A stretch of 64,000 nucleotides of DNA from Alteromonadaceae bacterium (GTDB lineage: Bacteria; Pseudomonadota; Gammaproteobacteria; Enterobacterales; Alteromonadaceae), in the NCBI GenBank assembly GCA_964229075.1, contig CAXRBI010000099.1, forward strand, positions 12,457-76,456, written 5' to 3'. A program made the position numbers and the translations under genes. The notes below the pieces were generated by a model. It worked only from the letters and a program-made list of their open reading frames with translations. It did not search any database and was not told the origin of the DNA. Shown in pieces: positions 19,944 to 30,122 of this stretch. Position 1 is the stretch's first letter, and each line of letters begins with the position of its first letter.

Positions 19944-20846
19944 TTAGAACTTTTGTTCAACACCTACAGCTAGGTATGTTTCGTCTTCCGCTTCGTCCAT
20001 GTTGAAGTTTGTGAAGAAACCGAACAACTTAGTGTTCTTACCTAGTTTACGGTCGAAACCTAGAGTAAAGCCGTTGTCGTCTTCAAGCGTCTGATATTGA
20101 CCTTTCAAGTTGAACTTGCCAACTTTGTATTGAGCATTTACCAAGAAACCCGTCTTGTCGTCGCCTGAGTCAACCGCTTCTTGTACTTGAACCATTGCGC
20201 CAAGTTTTACGTCAGACACTTTTGCACCAACGGTTAAACGTGTTGCATCGTAACCTTTAACGTCAGAGTCCATTGCAACTGCAGCGTAATACTTGCCTTT
20301 CTTAAGGGCTTTGTCGCCGTAGGTAGCAGAGATTGATGTGCTTGCATCGTCGTTTTCTTCGTCAAGAATGTAGCTCACACCGAACTGGATACCGTTGAAT
20401 TTTGGCGACTTATAAGAGATAGAGTCGCTCATGCGGTTTTCACCTTTCCAAAGGTTCTTGATATCCGCTTCGTAATCTGAGAATAAGTCAAACTTACCTT
20501 GAGATTGTTTGAACATAGTGTCGTTACGACCTAATAAAACTTCACCGAAGCTGCCTTTAAGGCCAACGTATTGGTTACGAGATTTAATGTTTTTCTCGCC
20601 AGACTCGTCAGTAGGGTCTACTTGGAATTCGTATTTGTATACAACTTCAAGACCACCGTCTAACTTTTCAGAGCCTTTGATACCGAAGCGAGAAGCGTTG
20701 CTTTTCAATTCAGTGATTGACTCAGAGCCGTCGTCAGAGCTTTGAACAGAAACATTCAATTTGCCGTAAATATCTGCGTCAGCAAATGTTGGTGCAGATA
20801 CGGTTGCAAGTACTGCTACTGCTACAAGAGACTTAAACTTATTCAT
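19944..20846 (-). CDS. Gram-negative porin, probably phosphate-starvation induced
   Basis: Signal peptide from ATG 20846; SNASRFGIKGSE, RNQYVGLKGSFG, C-terminal F. Confidence 0.88.
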   Translation of the reverse strand: MNKFKSLVAVAVLATVSAPTFADADIYGKLNVSVQSSDDGSESITELKSNASRFGIKGSEKLDGGLEVVYKYEFQVDPTDESGEKNIKSRNQYVGLKGSFGEVLLGRNDTMFKQSQGKFDLFSDYEADIKNLWKGENRMSDSISYKSPKFNGIQFGVSYILDEENDDASTSISATYGDKALKKGKYYAAVAMDSDVKGYDATRLTVGAKVSDVKLGAMVQVQEAVDSGDDKTGFLVNAQYKVGKFNLKGQYQTLEDDNGFTLGFDRKLGKNTKLFGFFTNFNMDEAEDETYLAVGVEQKF

Positions 20847-20921
20847 ATTTTTACCTTTTATCAGGAAGTTGTAACACCTAAATCCTAGCCCAAATCTTTC
20901 GACTTGAGATATTTGCGGCAT

Positions 20922-20974
20922 ATTAAATAACAGAAATGTTACAGAAATATTTCAATGTGAAAAAAATATGACAA
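20922..20974 (-). promoter_or_regulatory. Array of Pho-box half-sites upstream of the porin gene
   Basis: On the minus strand TTGTCAT...TTGAAAT-ATTT-CTGTAAC-ATTT-CTGTTAT, with 11-bp periodicity in the last three. Confidence 0.65.
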
Positions 20975-20990
20975 TTCTGTTTAAGTCGTG

Positions 20991-21803
20991 TTACGGCTGC
21001 GTTCTTATTGTTGCGTCCAAACACACAGGATCACACTGTTCCATTGTTATGGACTCTGGTGATACTGTCATTACCGCGAACTTAACGTCTTGAGTGTCGG
21101 CGGTGACAAAATGTGGCAACCCAACATCTTGCTCTTGAAAGTAGTCAAACTTGTGCCTGTGTGCGTGCAACATATGAGTATAGCCATGGTCTTTTAAAAA
21201 GGCGCTTAAGTCTGGTGCATTGCCCCAAGGTTCAATATGCGACATGCCAATGGTATGCAGGCGAGTCTCATTTTCTGCAAGTGCCCCCTGTGCTGCCAGC
21301 CAGTCTTTATCTGGAGCATCGAGGAACTCATATTGGTTATCGTTGTAGCCTATGTACTTTGAACCCAAGTAGTGAAATGAAAAGTCAAACTCACCAAATA
21401 CCTTCAGCCAAATCTGTTTGCCGTAAGACAGCGCATCGTGGTTGCCAATGACCGATATGATCGGCTTTTCGGTTTGATTGAGCGCGGTGCACGCCCATTC
21501 ATATTCTTTTTCAATGCCGGTTTCCACAACATCACCGAGCAATAAAATAAAATGTATATCGTCCATGGCATTGATGGTTTTAATCGTGTCTTCTAAATCG
21601 CCAGGGAATTGCTGAGGATCGCCAATCACCGCGACTTTGTATGTATCACTGGCGGAATGCTGCGTTTCTATGGTTTTTAGCCATGCTAAATTTTCTTCTA
21701 CTGAGAGGTTAGGGCAGTCAGCGTCGGTCTCCCAAGGCGAAAGATCGAATTCACAACCACTGATAATCATGGCAAGCAATATACAAATATACAGGCGCAT
21801 CAT
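20991..21803 (-). CDS. Calcineurin-like metallophosphoesterase lipoprotein
   Basis: Lipobox IISGC; motifs GDPQ, GDVV, GNHD, SH, HAHRH. Confidence 0.82.
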   Translation of the reverse strand: MMRLYICILLAMIISGCEFDLSPWETDADCPNLSVEENLAWLKTIETQHSASDTYKVAVIGDPQQFPGDLEDTIKTINAMDDIHFILLLGDVVETGIEKEYEWACTALNQTEKPIISVIGNHDALSYGKQIWLKVFGEFDFSFHYLGSKYIGYNDNQYEFLDAPDKDWLAAQGALAENETRLHTIGMSHIEPWGNAPDLSAFLKDHGYTHMLHAHRHKFDYFQEQDVGLPHFVTADTQDVKFAVMTVSPESITMEQCDPVCLDATIRTQP

Positions 21804-22381
21804 CAGAATACTTTCCTCACACCAAATCCATAACTGACAATGCCTTCAATACCTAAAAATTTGTAATGATCGTTGTAGAACTCGGCATTGCGCACATAAT
21901 TTATTAGGCCAACGTCTAAAATCGACCAATCAATGTAGGTCTCAAATTGATAGGGCAGTTTAAAGTTCGCTTGGTAATTAATCAGCACTCGACGTGCGGT
22001 TGGAAAATAGTAACCATCTGGTATGTATTCCGGTAAGTCGCTGTATATCTCGTCTTGATGGCCAGTGATGGTTGCCACACCAAAATTGAATGGACTGAAT
22101 TCGATCGCTTGGCCAAACAGTGAAAAAGGAATTCGGACGCGGCTTTCGTATCGGTATTTCAGGCTTGTCATCGTCATCGCTTCGTGATGACTAAGCTCAG
22201 GCACATAGCCAAACCCAATAGAGACCGTATGTTTTTCTGCAAACGTGTAGCCATAGGATAGGTGAGCAAACCCCATCATCGAACCGGATTGCAATTCTAA
22301 ATTGTGCTTTCCTGCATAAGCAAAGTGAGAGGAAACCCCCAGGCACAATATCAATGCGAATTGAAAGAGGTTTTGTGTCAT
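21803..22381 (-). CDS. Exported hypothetical protein, possible small outer-membrane beta-barrel
   Basis: Signal peptide (FAYA), aromatic-rich amphipathic strands, C-terminal FGVRKVF; stop overlaps the phosphoesterase start. Confidence 0.6.
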   Translation of the reverse strand: MTQNLFQFALILCLGVSSHFAYAGKHNLELQSGSMMGFAHLSYGYTFAEKHTVSIGFGYVPELSHHEAMTMTSLKYRYESRVRIPFSLFGQAIEFSPFNFGVATITGHQDEIYSDLPEYIPDGYYFPTARRVLINYQANFKLPYQFETYIDWSILDVGLINYVRNAEFYNDHYKFLGIEGIVSYGFGVRKVF

Positions 22382-22597
22382 AAATCTCCAAATATGCCTA
22401 AGTCGGAAAGCGGACGAGATATGGTCATGGCGACGTTTAGTTTCAAGTGTATATTCATATATTCAGATGAAAAGTACATTTTTGTTACCATTAGTAATAA
22501 GGAAGTTGAATAATAATTTGATTTGCATAACGTTTTTGTTCAACTCTGACAAAATTGCGACTAAACTAGTTAACAAATTTAAAAGGGGTTAGTTGAC

Positions 22598-23521
22598 ATG
22601 GCACGGGAACAATGGGGCATCTGTGGAGAAGCGAATTTACATGGACTTCATTTGTTTTTTAACACTCATGAAGGCTACGAGCCTGTTATTAGAGAAGCGT
22701 TAAGCCAACTGCCTGATATCTTCAACGAGATCAACGAACAGTTTTCTGAGGCGATGTTTTCCGGTGTTGTCGCCATAGGCGCTAACTTTTGGAACGAGCT
22801 TTACCCCGACAGTTACCCACCTGGTTTAAAACCTTTCCCGGCAATGCGTCACGAAGATAGGCACATGCCAGCAGTGCCCGTCGATTTATTCATTCAACTG
22901 CGCTCTGATAGACAAGACGTCAACTACATCGCAAGTCGCCGAATCACCAGCTTGTTTGGTGAAATGGTGGAACTGATAGAGCAAGTGCCTTGTTTCCGCT
23001 ATTTAGATGGTCGCGATTTAACCGGCTTTGTTGATGGCACGGAAAATCCAAAGGGAAGAAAACGCAGAGAAGTCGCTCTGTTATCTGACGCAGGTAAGTT
23101 CACGGCGGGCAGTTTTGTTCATGTACAACGTTATCGTCATCATTTAAATAAGTGGGACAACTTACCCACCGACGAACAAGAACTCATTATAGGTCGCACT
23201 AAAATTGACGATGTGGAGTTTGACTCCGAAAACATGCCGGATACGGCGCATGTGAAACGCTCCAACGTAAAAGATGAAAACGGCAAAACAATGGAGTTAA
23301 TGCGCCAAAGCATGCCTTACGGTAATTTGACGACACAGGGTCTGTTATTTATTTCTTACTGCGCGCACCCAACGTATTTTGAAACGATTTTGTCGAACAT
23401 GGTATTTGGCAGTGATGAAGGCAGTTATGATCACTTACTAAATTACACAACCGCTGAGACTGGCGCCGCATTTTTCGCACCTTCAATTGACTTCCTAATC
23501 AATCAAGGCAACTTGGAATAA
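22598..23521 (+). CDS. Dyp-type haem peroxidase (YfeX-like)
   Basis: RDLTGFVDGTENP, TAHVKR, RQSMPYG, AFFAPS. Confidence 0.92.
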   Translation: MAREQWGICGEANLHGLHLFFNTHEGYEPVIREALSQLPDIFNEINEQFSEAMFSGVVAIGANFWNELYPDSYPPGLKPFPAMRHEDRHMPAVPVDLFIQLRSDRQDVNYIASRRITSLFGEMVELIEQVPCFRYLDGRDLTGFVDGTENPKGRKRREVALLSDAGKFTAGSFVHVQRYRHHLNKWDNLPTDEQELIIGRTKIDDVEFDSENMPDTAHVKRSNVKDENGKTMELMRQSMPYGNLTTQGLLFISYCAHPTYFETILSNMVFGSDEGSYDHLLNYTTAETGAAFFAPSIDFLINQGNLE

Positions 23522-23569
23522 AAAAAGCGCCTTAGGCGCTTTTCAATGAATATTCACTATAAATTGCGT

Positions 23570-24034
23570 TTATACAGTGTCGAATAGCTCTTTGACGTTG
23601 GCTAATGTGTGCTCAATTTCACTAACTTTTAATGGCGCAATGAAGATAGTGTCGTCGCCAGCGATGGTGCCTAAAACCCCTTCTGCTTTTCCAACTGAGT
23701 CTAACAATCGAGCGATCAACTGAGCGGCGCCAGGACTGGTGCGAATTATGACCATAGATTCATTGTGGTCAACTTCCAGTACAAGTTGACGCAAAGGGCT
23801 CTTAGCTGTTGGCATTCCTAGCTCTGCAGGCAAGCAGTAGACCATTTCTTGTTTGGCGTTACGGGTACGAACCGCACCAAAGCGGGTCAACATACGAGAG
23901 ACCTTAGATTGGCTGACATTGTCAAAACCTTGAGCTTTTAGCGCATCGACGATGTCGGATTGAGATCCAAATCGCTCTTCTTTTAATAGTGCTTTAAACG
24001 CTTTAATAAGCTCTTCTTGTTTGGTCTGACTCAT
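23570..24034 (-). CDS. argR: Arginine repressor
   Basis: [33 protein letters not shown]; start at ATG 24034 behind GGAG. Confidence 0.96.
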   Translation of the reverse strand: MSQTKQEELIKAFKALLKEERFGSQSDIVDALKAQGFDNVSQSKVSRMLTRFGAVRTRNAKQEMVYCLPAELGMPTAKSPLRQLVLEVDHNESMVIIRTSPGAAQLIARLLDSVGKAEGVLGTIAGDDTIFIAPLKVSEIEHTLANVKELFDTV

Positions 24035-24072
24035 ATTGTTTACAACTCCCATTTTTCCTAGCGGAAAATATT

Positions 24073-24121
24073 AATTCATTTATAAGCATAATACTAATTG
24101 CTATTTGAGTTTTTACTCATA
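24073..24121. promoter_or_regulatory. Two ARG-box-like sites in the argR/mdh intergenic region
   Basis: AATTCATTTATAAGCATA (24073-24090) and TTTGAGTTTTTACTCATA (24104-24121) resemble WNTGAAT-W4-ATTCANW. Confidence 0.5.
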
Positions 24122-24178
24122 TTTGAGTATGGTTTGCCCGCAAATTTACTCTATAACCCCTTTGAATTGGAGAAAACA

Positions 24179-25123
24179 ATGAAAGTTGCAGTTTTAGGTG
24201 CCGCAGGTGGCATTGGTCAGGCTCTATCTTTACTTCTTAAAACTCAGTTACCAGCAGGTTCGGAATTAGCGTTATACGACGTAGCTCCGGTTGTTCCTGG
24301 TGTTGCAGTTGACTTGAGCCACATCCCAACTGCAGTTAAAGCAGAAGGATTTGGTGCTGACGATCTAGACAAAGCGTTAGTAGGTTCTGACATCGTATTA
24401 ATCCCAGCTGGTGTTCCTCGTAAGCCAGGTATGGACCGTTCTGACCTGTTCAACATCAACGCCGGTATCGTTAAGAACCTAGTTGAAGCGATTGCTGATC
24501 ACGCTCCTGATGCTTGCATTGGTATCATTACTAACCCAGTAAACACGACTGTTGCGATTGCTGCAGAAGCGTTAAAGGCTAAAGGTAAGTATAACCCTGC
24601 GAAATTATTCGGTGTGACTACGCTTGACGTAATCCGTGCTGAAACTTTCGTTGCTGACGCAAAAGGCCTTAACTGTGAAGACATCGTTGTTCCAGTTATC
24701 GGTGGTCACTCAGGTACAACTATCCTTCCTCTTCTTTCTCAAGTTGAAGGCGTTGAGTTCTCTCAAGAAGAACTAGAATCTTTAACTAACCGTATCCAAA
24801 ACGCGGGTACTGAAGTAGTAGAAGCCAAAGCGGGTGGCGGTTCTGCAACTTTATCTATGGGTCTTGCAGCGGCGCGTTTCGCTCTTAGCCTAGTTGACGC
24901 GTTAAACGGTGAAGAAGACGTTTACGAATACACTTACGTAGAAGGTGACGGTGAAGACGCACGTTTCTTTGCTCAACCAGTACTTCTTGGTAAAGACGGT
25001 GTACAAGAGATCCTTCACTACGGTGAGTTGAGCGATTTCGAAGAAAAATGTAAAGCTGAGATGATCGAAGGCCTTCGCGCTGACATCAAACTTGGCGAAG
25101 ACTTTGTAAACAACGCAGAATAA
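24179..25123 (+). CDS. mdh: Malate dehydrogenase
   Basis: [33 protein letters not shown]; divergent from argR. Confidence 0.97.
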   Translation: MKVAVLGAAGGIGQALSLLLKTQLPAGSELALYDVAPVVPGVAVDLSHIPTAVKAEGFGADDLDKALVGSDIVLIPAGVPRKPGMDRSDLFNINAGIVKNLVEAIADHAPDACIGIITNPVNTTVAIAAEALKAKGKYNPAKLFGVTTLDVIRAETFVADAKGLNCEDIVVPVIGGHSGTTILPLLSQVEGVEFSQEELESLTNRIQNAGTEVVEAKAGGGSATLSMGLAAARFALSLVDALNGEEDVYEYTYVEGDGEDARFFAQPVLLGKDGVQEILHYGELSDFEEKCKAEMIEGLRADIKLGEDFVNNAE

Positions 25124-25224
25124 AAGCGAACTCATAGTCTGAAAAAAAGGGTGCTTAAGGTACCCTTTTTTAATTGTTGTAGTCCTAATATCGAAATACC
25201 GGATTCAGTTAAAAAAGGAATTTT

Positions 25225-25812
25225 ATGTTGTATACCTTAATTACCTTTGCTCTCGTCTTTTTTACTTGTTTACTGTTTCTACCAAAATTCAAACGTTTCA
25301 TTGAGCAGCAGAGTGTCGCGTTTAATTTTCTTCTGACTATGGTAGCCACGTTAGTTGGTGTACTTTTGGCGATTGCAATCAGTAATTACGAAGCGGATAA
25401 AAAAGAACAAGAGGACGTGGTTAAACTGATTGATGCGTCTATCACGTCAATTGAATCATGTGCTGGTTACACTCAAGCACTGCTGGAGCATGCCGAAAAT
25501 CAATCTTTAGATGCGCAAGCGAGCGAACAATTTTTTCTTCTCAACCCCGCACCTTACCCTGAGTATGTGGATGTTTTTCTCGCTCAACCTGTGGTGAGTA
25601 AAAACCTGTCAAGTGACGGGCTTAGCGACCTAAATGGGATTGTGATCAATTTGAAGCGTACCATCACTTCAAAGCCCAAAGTGTATTTGGAGTTGTTAAC
25701 ACAAACTCGAGAAGTGTTATTGGTAGAGCGCAGGTATCAAGGTGGTGAGATTGATGAAGTAGAATTAGACCGCCTGTTGGATCAGATTCAGGAGCGGCCA
25801 TTGAGCTTGTAA
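25225..25812 (+). CDS. Hypothetical membrane-anchored protein
   Basis: Two N-terminal hydrophobic helices then a soluble helical domain; AAGGA RBS; flanked by terminators. Confidence 0.65.
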   Translation: MLYTLITFALVFFTCLLFLPKFKRFIEQQSVAFNFLLTMVATLVGVLLAIAISNYEADKKEQEDVVKLIDASITSIESCAGYTQALLEHAENQSLDAQASEQFFLLNPAPYPEYVDVFLAQPVVSKNLSSDGLSDLNGIVINLKRTITSKPKVYLELLTQTREVLLVERRYQGGEIDEVELDRLLDQIQERPLSL

Positions 25813-25852
25813 AAAAAGGTGCAATAGCACCTTTTATTAAAAATGTCGTTGT

Positions 25853-26824
25853 CTATGCGGTGCGATGCACAGATAGGTGCGCTAGGCTCACCAACGCTTG
25901 TTTGAACTCAGACTCTGGCAATACATTAAGCATCGCGATCGCTTTATCCGCTTCTTGCTCAGCTTTCTCTTTGACGTAATCTAACGCGCCGGTTGCGGTC
26001 ATCGTTTTCATTATGTCGTCAAACTTATCTTTGCCATCGCCGTTTTCAATGGCTTCACGAATGACTGCCGACTCAGTTTCAGTGGCATGCCACATAGCAT
26101 AAAGAAGTGGTAGGGTCGGTTTGCCTTCGGCGAGGTCATCTCCAACGTTTTTACCCATATCTTCGGCATCGGATGCGTAATCCATGACGTCGTCAATCAA
26201 CTGGAATGCAGTACCTAGGTGCATGCCGTAAAGGCGCATGGCATCTTCAGTGGCATCGTCAGATTGAGCAATGACAGCAGCTAACTGCGTTGCAGCTTCA
26301 AACAATCGAGCTGTTTTGCCGTAGATCACATCAAAATAGCTCTGCTCAGTAGTTTCTGGATCGTTGCAGTTCATTAACTGCAGAACTTCACCTTCTGAGA
26401 TGACGTTGGTCGCGTCTGCCAAAATACTCATAACTCGCATTGAGTCGAGCGTTACCATCATCTGGAAAGAACGTGTGTATAAAAAATCACCGACCAAAAC
26501 GCTGGCTTGGTTACCAAATACCTCGTTTGCGGTTTCTTTGCCACGACGCATCGTAGATTCGTCAACTACGTCGTCATGCAGTAAGGTTGCTGTGTGTATA
26601 AACTCGATGATGGCCGCTAACGTGTGGTGCTTTTCGGCTTGATAGCCGAGCGCACGTGCTGCTAGCACAGTCAACATAGGACGGATGCGTTTGCCTCCGC
26701 TGTTGATGATATACATACCCAACTGATTAATTAGCGCGACGTCTGAACTTAATTGTGCGCCGATGACGCTGTTCACTGAGTCCATGTCAGACTCCGATAG
26801 CGCCACGATTTGTTTGATATCCAT
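25853..26824 (-). CDS. ispB: Octaprenyl diphosphate synthase
   Basis: GGKRIRP, LLHDDVVD, FQLIDD, GDDLAEGKPT; real start MDIKQI at 26824. Confidence 0.96.
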   Translation of the reverse strand: MDIKQIVALSESDMDSVNSVIGAQLSSDVALINQLGMYIINSGGKRIRPMLTVLAARALGYQAEKHHTLAAIIEFIHTATLLHDDVVDESTMRRGKETANEVFGNQASVLVGDFLYTRSFQMMVTLDSMRVMSILADATNVISEGEVLQLMNCNDPETTEQSYFDVIYGKTARLFEAATQLAAVIAQSDDATEDAMRLYGMHLGTAFQLIDDVMDYASDAEDMGKNVGDDLAEGKPTLPLLYAMWHATETESAVIREAIENGDGKDKFDDIMKTMTATGALDYVKEKAEQEADKAIAMLNVLPESEFKQALVSLAHLSVHRTA

Positions 26825-27002
26825 TAATTGGTTTTTGCTGTTGATTGCAGTAATTTGCCGCAAGTTTACCTGACTCTGAAAAATTCCGAAACGGTAAATC
26901 CGTCGCATGGCCAAAAACTCAGGACAATTGCATTGTTTCACGCCAATCCAAGCGCCGAATTCCAAGCTTTTGCTTTTTTTCAAAATTAAACTGAATTTGT
27001 AC

Positions 27003-27039
27003 TTGCGATCGTTTTTCTTCTCCTTTAGAATTCGCGCCC
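27003..27039 (+). promoter_or_regulatory. Sigma70 promoter of rplU-rpmA with GC-rich (stringent) discriminator
   Basis: TTGCGA-17bp-TAGAAT-TCGCGCCC. Confidence 0.7.
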
Positions 27040-27088
27040 TGTTTTACAGATTTAATTTGTGCGAAGAACGCACAGGAGACGGAGTAAT

Positions 27089-27400
27089 ATGTACGCGGTA
27101 TTCCAAAGTGGTGGTAAACAACACCGTGTTGCTGAAGGCCAAACCATTCGTCTTGAGAAGCTTGACGTAGAAACTGGTTCTACTGTTGAGTTTGATCAGG
27201 TGCTTTTAGTTGCTAACGGCGACGACGTAAAAGTTGGCGCACCATTAGTAGCTGGCGGTAAGGTTTCAGCTGAAGTTGTTTCTCACGGTCGTGGTGAGAA
27301 GATCAAAATTGTTAAATTCAAGCGTCGTAAGCATTCACGCAAGCAAGCGGGCCACCGTCAGTGGTTCACTGAAGTGAAGATTACGGGCATTAGCGCTTAA
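27089..27400 (+). CDS. rplU: 50S ribosomal protein L21
   Basis: [14 protein letters not shown]...[14 protein letters not shown]. Confidence 0.98.
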   Translation: MYAVFQSGGKQHRVAEGQTIRLEKLDVETGSTVEFDQVLLVANGDDVKVGAPLVAGGKVSAEVVSHGRGEKIKIVKFKRRKHSRKQAGHRQWFTEVKITGISA

Positions 27401-27419
27401 TAAGTAGAGGTACTTTAAA

Positions 27420-27677
27420 ATGGCACATAAAAAGGCTGGTGGTAGTACTCGTAACGGTCGTGATTCAGAAAGCAAACGCCTAGGCGTTAAGCGTTTCGGT
27501 GGTGAAGCAGTATTAGCTGGTAACATCATCGTTCGTCAACGTGGTACTAAGTTCCACGCTGGCCAAAACGTAAGCATGGGTCGTGACCACACATTGTTCG
27601 CTACTGCAAACGGTAAAGTTAAGTTCGACGTTAAAGGTCCACTTAACCGTAAATACGTGAGCATTGAAGCTGAGTAA
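27420..27677 (+). CDS. rpmA: 50S ribosomal protein L27
   Basis: [16 protein letters not shown]. Confidence 0.99.
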   Translation: MAHKKAGGSTRNGRDSESKRLGVKRFGGEAVLAGNIIVRQRGTKFHAGQNVSMGRDHTLFATANGKVKFDVKGPLNRKYVSIEAE

Positions 27678-27698
27678 TTAGCTCAATACGCAAGATTC

Positions 27699-27724
27699 AA
27701 AACCCCGCTTTTGCGGGGTTTTTT
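27699..27724 (+). terminator. Terminator after rpmA
   Basis: AAAACCCCGC-TTTT-GCGGGGTTTTTT. Confidence 0.85.
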
Positions 27725-27769
27725 GTTTCTACTGAAAGCTGGCAGTAATCCGGCTCTGGTCATATAGTT

Positions 27770-29073
<1,304 letters not shown>

Positions 29074-29108
29074 CCGCTTGTTGGTCCTCAAACTAAAAGA
29101 AGTACACT

Positions 29109-29600
29109 ATGAGTCAGATTTCCATGATTGCCGCGATGGCAAACAATCGAGTGATTGGTAAAGACAATGATATGCCATGGCACATGCCGGCAGATCTTAA
29201 ATATTTTAAGTCAGTAACTATGGGTAAGCCCGTAATTATGGGCAGAAAGACCTTTGAGTCCATTGGTCGTCCCTTACCTGGACGCAAGAATGTTGTGATT
29301 ACCAGAAACTCGCAATGGCACGCTGATGGTGTTGAAGTTGTTAGCTCCACTGAAGAGGCGCTTAACGTTCTCAGTGAAGCAGAAGAAATAATGGTGATTG
29401 GTGGCGGTAATATTTATCTGCAATTATTGCCTTTAGCCACTACACTTTATTTGACCTTTATTGATTTAGAAGTAGAAGGTGACACGCAGTTTCCAGATTG
29501 GGAAAAAGCGGCAAATTGGCAAGAAGTAGCTCGCGAGAGCCACGTTGCGGATGAGAAAAATGCGCATCCTTATCAGTTTGTTACTTTAAAAAAATTGTAG
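29109..29600 (+). CDS. folA: Dihydrofolate reductase
   Basis: MPWHMPADLKYFK, IMGRKTFESIGRPLPGR, IGGG. Confidence 0.97.
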   Translation: MSQISMIAAMANNRVIGKDNDMPWHMPADLKYFKSVTMGKPVIMGRKTFESIGRPLPGRKNVVITRNSQWHADGVEVVSSTEEALNVLSEAEEIMVIGGGNIYLQLLPLATTLYLTFIDLEVEGDTQFPDWEKAANWQEVARESHVADEKNAHPYQFVTLKKL

Positions 29601-29687
29601 GGAATTCCCTGTAATACGGACTTTGATACTTGCATAAGTAATTCACTGTGGTACTGTCGTCACAATAATTAAATGGCGAGAAAGTTT

Positions 29688-30059
29688 ATGAAGTTATTAG
29701 CGACACTCTTATCTGTTACTTTGGTGTTAGGTAGTGTTTCTTACTCTGCACCAGCGAAATCTGCTGATGTGGCATCATTACTAGCGGGTCTTTGCGAAAA
29801 CGTAGCAACGGATAATAAATCTCGTTTGCGTAAAAAGCTGAAAGAAGCAGGCGTTAAATTAAGAAATATCTACGACGGTATTACTTGTGGTGGCGAGCCT
29901 TTAGTCCGTTATGCGATGATCAAAGGCGCAAGTGGCGCAGGTACGTTTATCGTTAAGCGTATGCCAGCTTCTCACTTTGCCGGTTCTGGCGATTTAGACT
30001 GGGCAAATGCTAACGGTCACGGCGATTCAGACATCGCAAAAGCAATCGCGAATCGTTAA
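29688..30059 (+). CDS. Small secreted protein, DUF3718-like
   Basis: Signal peptide; LCENVATDNKSRLRKKL...ITCGG two-Cys pattern. Confidence 0.65.
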   Translation: MKLLATLLSVTLVLGSVSYSAPAKSADVASLLAGLCENVATDNKSRLRKKLKEAGVKLRNIYDGITCGGEPLVRYAMIKGASGAGTFIVKRMPASHFAGSGDLDWANANGHGDSDIAKAIANR

Positions 30060-30122
30060 TTCTGATTCAAATAAAAAAACCGCCTCTTGGCGGTTTTTTT
30101 ATGTCTGCAAATCCAACGTGGC

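Noticed and set aside
22598-23521. Encapsulin-cargo Dyp system
   Set aside because: No C-terminal targeting peptide and no encapsulin gene adjacent
24098-27088. N-terminal extensions of mdh, ispB and rplU (also porin, era) in the ORF track
   Set aside because: Artefacts of choosing the most upstream start; family N-termini and RBSs point to the downstream starts used here
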